Shown: piece by piece, positions 57,142 through 64,000 of the stretch | Numbering within the stretch: position 1 is the stretch's first letter | How the letters are laid out: the number at the start of each line of letters is the position of its first letter | Assembly: GCA_030445775.1 (NCBI GenBank) | Contig: JASUTC010000001.1 | Coordinates: 28,914 to 92,913, forward strand | Length of the DNA stretch: 64,000 nt | Direction of reading: 5' to 3' | DNA from: Thermotogaceae bacterium | GTDB lineage: Bacteria; Thermotogota; Thermotogae; MWEM01 | The notes under the pieces: generated by a model | What the model was told of the DNA's origin: nothing | Database searches by the model: none | What the model saw: only the letters and a program-made list of their open reading frames with translations | Position numbers and translations under genes: made by a program

Positions 57142-58038
57142 ATGAGAAGCGAAAAAAAGATTTATAACTTTTTACAAATTGAAAATGATATTTACAAAAA
57201 GATAGTAGAAGAACTTTTGGATGTTTATTTGGAATACATACCCTATCCGGTTAATGCCGTGATTAGTGATCAAAAAGAGGTTGTTCAGGAAGGCACTCAT
57301 TTGCAAATCTTAGATGGAAAAGGGTTGTTTGGATTCGTAGATGGTGATCAAAAATTCTTTTTGGAAGATTCCATTAATAACAAAAACATTTTTTTGGGGG
57401 TTAATTGGTTTTTAGAACACAATTTGAACGCTAACTTTGATTTTTGTTCGCCATATTCAATGCGAAGGAGAATTATATCCGTATTGGAGCCAATGATGGT
57501 TTTAATGGAGGTTGAAGATTCAAAAGGATACAGTCATTCTCAGCGAGTGGCTTCTCTCTTCACTTCATTTGCAAAAGATTTGGGATTGGAGCCAAACGAA
57601 GGCGCCCTATTCATCCACTATGCCATGCTACATGATGTTGGTAGAATTGGGGTTGAACAATTAATACTCTACTCCCCAACTCGTTTGAGAAATTTTGAGG
57701 AAACCGGTCAAGATCATACAATAACTGGATCAGTTTATATATCAACCTTAGAAGTGTTAAACGATTTCGTCCCCTATGTCAGAAGTCATCATGAAAGATT
57801 TGATGGTAAAGGATTTCCGGATGGACTTAAAGGAGAAGAAATTCCCTATTGGGTGAGGGTTTTGACCATTGTTAATTGGTATGATAACGCACTAAATACC
57901 GTTGATTCTGAATTTTCCATTGGTGTGATGAGTGAAAGAGAAGCTTTGGAAGTCATTGAAAAAGATAATGGAAAACTCTTTGACCCCGAGATTGGCAAGC
58001 GATTTATTTCTTTCATCAAGAAAGGACAAAATGAATGA
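57142..58038 (+). CDS. HD-GYP domain protein (variant motifs)
   Basis: HSQRV, LHDVG, HHERFDGKGFPDGLKGEEIP, FDP. Confidence 0.88.
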   Translation: MRSEKKIYNFLQIENDIYKKIVEELLDVYLEYIPYPVNAVISDQKEVVQEGTHLQILDGKGLFGFVDGDQKFFLEDSINNKNIFLGVNWFLEHNLNANFDFCSPYSMRRRIISVLEPMMVLMEVEDSKGYSHSQRVASLFTSFAKDLGLEPNEGALFIHYAMLHDVGRIGVEQLILYSPTRLRNFEETGQDHTITGSVYISTLEVLNDFVPYVRSHHERFDGKGFPDGLKGEEIPYWVRVLTIVNWYDNALNTVDSEFSIGVMSEREALEVIEKDNGKLFDPEIGKRFISFIKKGQNE

Positions 58039-58589
58039 AATCATATAACATTTCGAGTATCATAGCGGCTGTGTGGAATCCAAAAGAAGAACTCGAATAC
58101 TTAGACGCTTACAGCGGCAATACCGTATTTCTTCTTAGTTCAGATTTGGTGAATCTTGGAAATCATATCAAAAAAATCAAAAAAAAGGGGTTTAAGGTTT
58201 TTTTGGATATTGATTTTTGCGATGGTTTAGGAAACGGAGAATACGCCTTCAGATATTCCACTTTACAAGGAGCGGATGGAATTATTACCGTCAAACCTAA
58301 GATGATAGATATCGCCAACAGTTATGGTGTACCAAATGTTTTAAGAAGCTTTGCACTTGACAGCAATTCCCTGCTAAGAATCAACGAAATGATCACAAAT
58401 ATTAATCCGATGTTTTTGGAAATACTCCCAGGTAGTGCATTCCCCAATGTTTTTTATTATCTTAAATCAAATGGATTAAAAACGGACAACATGATTGCAG
58501 CTGGGTTAATCGAAACAAAAAAAGAAACGGAAGAACTTTTTAAATGTGGTGCTAAGGCTATTTCTACCAGTAAAACACAATTATGGTAA
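58035..58589 (+). CDS. Glycerol-3-phosphate-responsive antiterminator GlpP family
   Basis: IIAAV, DGIIT, RSFALDS, EILPG, AGLI, GAKAISTSKTQLW. Confidence 0.88.
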   Translation: MKSYNISSIIAAVWNPKEELEYLDAYSGNTVFLLSSDLVNLGNHIKKIKKKGFKVFLDIDFCDGLGNGEYAFRYSTLQGADGIITVKPKMIDIANSYGVPNVLRSFALDSNSLLRINEMITNINPMFLEILPGSAFPNVFYYLKSNGLKTDNMIAAGLIETKKETEELFKCGAKAISTSKTQLW

Positions 58590-58604
58590 CAGGAGGATAA
58601 GAAC

Positions 58605-59873
58605 ATGAAAAAAATAATGATACTGATAATGAGTTTGATCTTTTTGTCGGTTTTTAGCCGTGAGTTTTTGATAATTTATCCAAATGGGTTATCCATCAAG
58701 GGGGATAGCGTTGTTGTAAATTCTGATAGTTTTCAATTAGATCTTCCTGACAGCTGGATTGCAGACTCCTTTACATCTGACCCATATCCACAAAGTTATC
58801 AATATGTGGTTCAGAAAACTTTTGATTATTCAAACACACTAAAAGAATCGATAGGAAAAAAGATAAAATGGCGTTTTGAGGATGGCACAATCAAGGAGTA
58901 TAAGCTTCTTCTGGATGATCCTCTATTATTATCTGATGAAAACGGTGTTTTTTCACCACAAAGTGGTACCGCTGTTTTTGAAGATGTTCAGATAAAGGAG
59001 GCAAAACAATTCCTTGATTTGCTTTTTACCGATGAAATTAAGCATTTGAGTTTTTCCTACATGTTTAACAACCTTTCCTATTCAACTGTTTATATTATGA
59101 ACCTGGAAGATGAAAAAGACCAGGCTGAAATTATTGGAACAATCATCATTAATAACGCAACAAAACAACAAATTCAAACTGACCATTTGTATATTTTTTC
59201 GGGAGAAATTAACACAGTTTCAACTGATTATGCCGTTAAAGCCATGAGAAGTTTTAATTATGAAACAGATTCTTATAGTGGTGGTTCTACAATGGAAAGC
59301 TTCAGCGATTATAAGATTTATTCTATACCGGGCAACTATTCTTTTAATCGTTTTTCAAGAGACTATATTCAATTCTTGCATGCCAAAGAATCTTATGACA
59401 TGATTTATACTTTTAATGCCTACTATTCCAATCGGAGTTCAGAATTTCAGACTTTCGATCAAACTATTAAATTCTCTAAGCTTTCCCAACCATTAATGGC
59501 TGGGAAAGTAAGAATTCAGAAAAACGATCAAGAAAAAACTGTCTTTTTGGGTGAAAACACCATCAACAATACCAGTAAAGGTCAACCCTTGGAAATTAGT
59601 TTTGGAAAAGCCTATGATGTGCAAGGAAAGGTGGAGTTAATTCAATCAACCCGGAGTGGAAATACCTATTTTGAAGCATACAAATTCACCGCGAAAAATT
59701 ATACAACTGAGAGTAAAAACATACAATTAAACTTTACAATTCCCAGAGATTCTGATGTAGAAGTAGACGTATACGATTTTTCCCGACCAACAGCAACATT
59801 ACTTCAAATCCCCTTGACGCTACACGGGAAAATGGAAGTTGGGGTTACTTTTGAAATCAGATATGATCGTTGA
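58605..59873 (+). CDS. Exported DUF4139-like protein
   Basis: Signal peptide; IIYPNG, PLMAGKVRI, FLGENTINNT, FGKAYDV; beta-rich. Confidence 0.7.
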   Translation: MKKIMILIMSLIFLSVFSREFLIIYPNGLSIKGDSVVVNSDSFQLDLPDSWIADSFTSDPYPQSYQYVVQKTFDYSNTLKESIGKKIKWRFEDGTIKEYKLLLDDPLLLSDENGVFSPQSGTAVFEDVQIKEAKQFLDLLFTDEIKHLSFSYMFNNLSYSTVYIMNLEDEKDQAEIIGTIIINNATKQQIQTDHLYIFSGEINTVSTDYAVKAMRSFNYETDSYSGGSTMESFSDYKIYSIPGNYSFNRFSRDYIQFLHAKESYDMIYTFNAYYSNRSSEFQTFDQTIKFSKLSQPLMAGKVRIQKNDQEKTVFLGENTINNTSKGQPLEISFGKAYDVQGKVELIQSTRSGNTYFEAYKFTAKNYTTESKNIQLNFTIPRDSDVEVDVYDFSRPTATLLQIPLTLHGKMEVGVTFEIRYDR

Positions 59874-60456
59874 AGAAATCATAGAAAGAATCAAAAAGAA
59901 TCTTAATCCAAAACGCCTGGAACATACGATGGGGGTTTTGGATTATTCAATTTTACTGGCTGAAAAGCATGATGAAGAGATCTTACCTGTTAAGATTGGC
60001 GCCCTTTATCATGATGCATACAGGAATCATAAAAAGAGTGAAATGATCCAAATGGCAAAAAAACATCAGCTTCATATAACAAAGGAAGAAGCGTTTAATC
60101 CGGTTCTTTTACATGGAAAATTGGCGGCCAATGACTTAAAAAATAGATACCCAAACCTATTGAGAATTGAGGAAATAGCCCAAGCCGTTGAGTATCATAC
60201 CACTGGATATGTTTTTAGTTCAAAAATAGGTAAAATCATTTTTATTGCGGATTCTTTGGAAAAAAACAGAATCTATCCCGGTGTAGATGAACTGAGAAAA
60301 CTTTCAATAGAAGATTTGAATACAGCTTTTTTCCTTATTCTTAAGGGAAAAGTCAGATTGGCATTAGAAAAAAATCATTTGATACTAAAAGAAACCTTAA
60401 AGGCTTATAATAGAGCGTTAATAAACAGGGAGAGTATAAATGATCAACATTCTTGA
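59863..60456 (+). CDS. yqeK: YqeK-family HD hydrolase (symmetrical Ap4A hydrolase)
   Basis: RLEHTMGV, LYHD, LLHG, YHTTG, FIADSLE. Confidence 0.88.
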   Translation: MIVEEIIERIKKNLNPKRLEHTMGVLDYSILLAEKHDEEILPVKIGALYHDAYRNHKKSEMIQMAKKHQLHITKEEAFNPVLLHGKLAANDLKNRYPNLLRIEEIAQAVEYHTTGYVFSSKIGKIIFIADSLEKNRIYPGVDELRKLSIEDLNTAFFLILKGKVRLALEKNHLILKETLKAYNRALINRESINDQHS

Positions 60457-61474
60457 ATTCAATTTGAATGAACTAAAACAACATTTCATAAAAAGAGGTG
60501 TCAAACCCTTTCGAGCAGAGCAGATTTTCGATTGGATCTTTAAAAAGCATGTTTTTGATTTTTCAAAAATGCTCAATCTCCCAAAGGACTTCCGGGATGT
60601 GCTTAAAATGGAATATGTCATTGGCTTCCCCGAGTTATCCAATAAACAGATTTCATCTGTAGATGGTACCCATAAATACCTTTGGAATCTGGATGATGGA
60701 GAGAAGATCGAATCTGTGTTACTTATCCATAAGGACAGAAATACAGCATGTATTTCAACTCAAGTGGGTTGCAGCCTCAAATGCGGTTTTTGTGCAACCG
60801 GAAAATCCGGCTTTTCACGAAATCTGAAGGTATCGGAAATTGTCGGACAAGTGTTGGCAATGACTGTAGAGTATGGAGAAAGAATAGGAAATATTGTTTA
60901 TATGGGAATGGGAGAACCTTTTCTTAATTACGATAACCTGAAGAAATCCATTCAAATACTTCATTCCAAAGAGGCGTTTGATATTTCAAAACGAAGGATT
61001 TCAGTATCTACAGCCGGAATCATACCCGGTATCTTGAAAATGGCAGAAGATTTCCCTGAAGTAGTACTGTCTATCTCGTTACATGCACCCAACAACCGGA
61101 TCAGAGAAAGATTAATGCCAATTAGTCAAACTTACCCATTCCAACAGTTGATTCATACAGTTAGGCAATACAATGAAATTACAGGTAAACGTGTGACTAT
61201 TGAATATTTGTTAATCAAGGAAGTAAACGATTCTTTGGAACAAGCCGTTTTATTGGCAAAAACACTGAAAGAATTAAAAGTAAATCTTAATTTAATTCCC
61301 GTTAATCCGGTTAATCCTGACTTTGAAAGACCCAGTTTCAAACAAATCTCAGCTTTTAAGCAAATAATGGAAAAAAGTGGAATAGACACTGTTATTAGAC
61401 AAGAAAAAGGAACCGATATCGCCGGTGCTTGCGGGCAGCTGAAAACTCAAAGTATCAAGGGGGAAGTGTTTTGA
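60440..61474 (+). CDS. rlmN: Dual-specificity RNA methyltransferase RlmN
   Basis: CISTQVGCSLKCGFC, MGMGEP, SLHA, GTDIAGACGQL. Confidence 0.95.
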   Translation: MINILEFNLNELKQHFIKRGVKPFRAEQIFDWIFKKHVFDFSKMLNLPKDFRDVLKMEYVIGFPELSNKQISSVDGTHKYLWNLDDGEKIESVLLIHKDRNTACISTQVGCSLKCGFCATGKSGFSRNLKVSEIVGQVLAMTVEYGERIGNIVYMGMGEPFLNYDNLKKSIQILHSKEAFDISKRRISVSTAGIIPGILKMAEDFPEVVLSISLHAPNNRIRERLMPISQTYPFQQLIHTVRQYNEITGKRVTIEYLLIKEVNDSLEQAVLLAKTLKELKVNLNLIPVNPVNPDFERPSFKQISAFKQIMEKSGIDTVIRQEKGTDIAGACGQLKTQSIKGEVF

Positions 61475-62364
61475 AAAAGATTGCTGTAGGAATTTTAATC
61501 GTTGTCGTTTTTATTGGGATGTTTTTCTTCTTAAAGGCAAGTTTCGCCAATGAAATCTTTATTGATCCTGTGATTTTCACCGTTGGACCCCTTGAGATCC
61601 GTTGGTACGGGGTCATCATCGCCACGGGTATCATCATTTGTTATCTTATCGGCAGAAGACTTGCGATGAAAGAGGGGATTGACGACGAGCATGTTGCAGA
61701 AGCATTAATAGTTGGTGTGATTAGCGGAATTGTTGGGGCCCGATTGTACTATGTTTTCTCCAGATGGGATATCTATTCCCAGGTACCGGGAGAAATCTTT
61801 AAGACTTGGCATGGTGGGATGGCCATTCATGGTGGAGTTATTGGTGCCATGATTGGTGTTTTTATTTATACAAAACTCAGAAAAAAATGTACCTTCACGT
61901 TTTTACAAGGTTTTGATATTGCCGCTTTGATGCTTCCTTTGGGACAGGCTGTCGGAAGATGGGGGAATTTTTGTAATCACGAGGCATATGGCAAACCCAC
62001 CGATTTACCTTGGAAAATGTACATTCCGCCAAGGTTCAGAATGCCGGGGTATGAATCATTTGAGTTCTTCCATCCCACCTTTTTATACGAATCCCTTTGG
62101 AATATCGGTGTTTTTATCTTTTTGTTCTGGTTTTATAAAAACAAACGGAAGAATTTCGGTGAAATTCTTGCACTGTATATGATTTTATATTCCATTGCAA
62201 GGTTCTTTATCGAAGGATTAAGATTGGACAGCTTATATTGGGGAGAATACCGAGCTGCACAAATCACAAGTATTCTTTTAATCACCTTTGGAATCATTCT
62301 GTTTGTTTTGGTGAGAAAGTTTGGAAAGGGTAATCATTCTGAAAAAACACCTTCAAAGAAATAG
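61471..62364 (+). CDS. lgt: Prolipoprotein diacylglyceryl transferase
   Basis: RWYG, GARLYYV, HGG, GRWGNF, HPTFLYES, RFFIE; TTG start at 61471 after GGGGG. Confidence 0.95.
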   Translation: MKKIAVGILIVVVFIGMFFFLKASFANEIFIDPVIFTVGPLEIRWYGVIIATGIIICYLIGRRLAMKEGIDDEHVAEALIVGVISGIVGARLYYVFSRWDIYSQVPGEIFKTWHGGMAIHGGVIGAMIGVFIYTKLRKKCTFTFLQGFDIAALMLPLGQAVGRWGNFCNHEAYGKPTDLPWKMYIPPRFRMPGYESFEFFHPTFLYESLWNIGVFIFLFWFYKNKRKNFGEILALYMILYSIARFFIEGLRLDSLYWGEYRAAQITSILLITFGIILFVLVRKFGKGNHSEKTPSKK

Positions 62365-62381
62365 AAAGGAAGCAATTTCAT

Positions 62382-63776
62382 ATGCAAGAAATTAGAAGAA
62401 TCCCACCGAATGATTTAGAGGCTGAAAGAGCCGTTCTTGGCTCAATTCTTTTGGACCCGGAAGTCGCCGGTGATGTATTCGAAATTCTCAGACATGAAGA
62501 TTTCTACAATCATTCCCATCAATTGATCTATAATTGCATGGAATTGTTATACGATGATGCTGAAGCCATCGATCCTTTGACCGTTTCCGATCTGTTGAGG
62601 AAACAAAAACAATTGGAGACGGTGGGTGGGGAACTGGCTATCGCACAATTGGCAGATAGCGTTCCCACCTCTGCTCATGCCACCCATTATGCAAAAGTGG
62701 TCAGAGAAAAATCCATATTGAGAAATTTGATAAACTCAGGCAGCAAAATTGTGGAGAGTGCGTTTAGTCAGGATGACGTTGACAATATTCTGGACCAGGC
62801 TGAAAGAAGTATTTTAAGTATAGGCGAAAGATACATCGAGAAATCCTACGCACCGATCGGAAAGATTGTTCACGATGCCTTTGATAAACTGGATCAAATA
62901 AAAGTACGTCATGACTCTCCTGAAGGTTCACTACTGGTGACGGGTCTTGCCACCGGTTTTAAATCTTTGGATGAAATGACAACTGGTTTTCATCGTTCTG
63001 ATTTGGTCATCGTTGCAGCCCGACCTTCAATGGGTAAATCTGCTTTAGCCTTACAACTGGCCAGAAACATGGCCGTCGATTACGGATATAAAGTGGGCAT
63101 ATTTAGCCTTGAAATGTCATCGGAACAGATCGCTTTAAGATTGCTTAGCCTTGAATCAAAGGTCAATTTTGAAAAGCTCAGAAAAGCGGACATTTCAGCC
63201 GATGAGTGGAACCGTTTGACTGCCGCCGCAAGTAAATTCATGAAAGCCTCTATCATTATCGATGACGACTCTATGCTGGATCCCAGAGGATTAAGAACAA
63301 AAGTCAGAAGGATAAAAAAGGAATATGGATTAGACGCTATCGTGATCGATTATCTTCAATTGATGAACAGCGGGAGAAATCGTGAAAACCGACAACAAGA
63401 AATCTCAGAAATTTCCAGAAGCCTTAAAGTACTTGGCAGGGAAATGGATATTGCCGTCATCTCTGCCTCTCAGCTTTCTCGTTCTGTGGAACAACGAGAA
63501 GATAAAAGACCGAGATTATCCGATTTAAGAGAATCAGGTGCCATTGAGCAGGATGCAGACACAGTCATTTTTATTCATAGAGAAACTTATTATAAACGGG
63601 CAAAGTTTGAAGAGGATGAAGATGTGGGAGAAATACAAATGCTCAATCACCCACATCCAGCAGAGATTATTATTGGTAAACAACGAAACGGACCTGTTGG
63701 AAGTATTAACCTCATCTTTGACCCAACCGTAGTGGGGTTCTTCTCTATGGAAAAATCCTTTATCTCAAAAGAATAG
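62382..63776 (+). CDS. dnaB: Replicative DNA helicase
   Basis: AARPSMGKS, SLEMS, IDYLQL, SQLSR, DLRESGAIEQDAD, KQRNG; no intein. Confidence 0.97.
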   Translation: MQEIRRIPPNDLEAERAVLGSILLDPEVAGDVFEILRHEDFYNHSHQLIYNCMELLYDDAEAIDPLTVSDLLRKQKQLETVGGELAIAQLADSVPTSAHATHYAKVVREKSILRNLINSGSKIVESAFSQDDVDNILDQAERSILSIGERYIEKSYAPIGKIVHDAFDKLDQIKVRHDSPEGSLLVTGLATGFKSLDEMTTGFHRSDLVIVAARPSMGKSALALQLARNMAVDYGYKVGIFSLEMSSEQIALRLLSLESKVNFEKLRKADISADEWNRLTAAASKFMKASIIIDDDSMLDPRGLRTKVRRIKKEYGLDAIVIDYLQLMNSGRNRENRQQEISEISRSLKVLGREMDIAVISASQLSRSVEQREDKRPRLSDLRESGAIEQDADTVIFIHRETYYKRAKFEEDEDVGEIQMLNHPHPAEIIIGKQRNGPVGSINLIFDPTVVGFFSMEKSFISKE

Positions 63777-63789
63777 GAAAATCAGATCT

Positions 63790-64000
63790 ATGAAAATTCT
63801 TCTCATCAATCCTTGGATTTACGATGTAGCTTCTTTTGATTACTGGTTAAAGCCCTTAGGACTATTGATTTTGGCCAGAAAACTCCATGAAAGCGGCCAT
63901 GAATTACAATTGATCGACTGTTTAGATAGATACGATCCAGATCTGATTCAATACATAGGAAAACCAATTAAAAGTAAATGGAATGGTACGGGAAAATTTT
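63790..64000 (+). CDS. Probable B12-binding-domain radical SAM protein, N-terminal part (truncated by window end; not in ORF track)
   Basis: MKILLINPWIYDVASFDYWLKPLGLLILA...IDCLDR, open to the window edge. Confidence 0.7.
   Translation, partial: MKILLINPWIYDVASFDYWLKPLGLLILARKLHESGHELQLIDCLDRYDPDLIQYIGKPIKSKWNGTGKF

Noticed and set aside
62382..63776. Intein in DnaB
   Set aside because: Length (464 aa) and contiguous motifs leave no insertion.

Overview
AT-rich, gene-dense bacterial chromosome segment with about 57 CDS and no rRNA, tRNA, CRISPR array, integrase or transposase that I can support. The gene content suggests Thermotogota (inference): xseA-xseB-dxs without ispA, a split cobalamin methionine synthase with a separate reactivation subunit, argF beginning MSVNLKGR, and DUF4899-like paralogs. 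Most genes are housekeeping (hup, metF/metH, holB-ricT, xseAB, dxs, gpsA, plsC, argF, rsmD, recQ, serS, mtaD, rlmN, lgt, dnaB). The strongest unusual signals are: (1) a ROK(pseudokinase)-PAS-GGDEF diguanylate cyclase whose ROK domain has lost the ATP-binding DxGGT motif, closely resembles an intact ROK kinase in the same window, and sits just downstream of a beta-mannosidase, i.e. a candidate sugar-sensing c-di-GMP system; (2) an unannotated ~90-nt candidate sRNA downstream of serS with an ECF/sigmaE-type promoter, three C-rich anti-Shine-Dalgarno motifs and a terminator; (3) two degenerate-GGDEF proteins that keep the RxxD site, plus a variant HD-GYP protein; (4) a 46-aa protein missed by the ORF track, a CsoR-like operator, a sigma28 promoter, several apparent pseudo-enzymes and two frameshifted genes. 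All family assignments come from motif recognition by eye; no searches were run.
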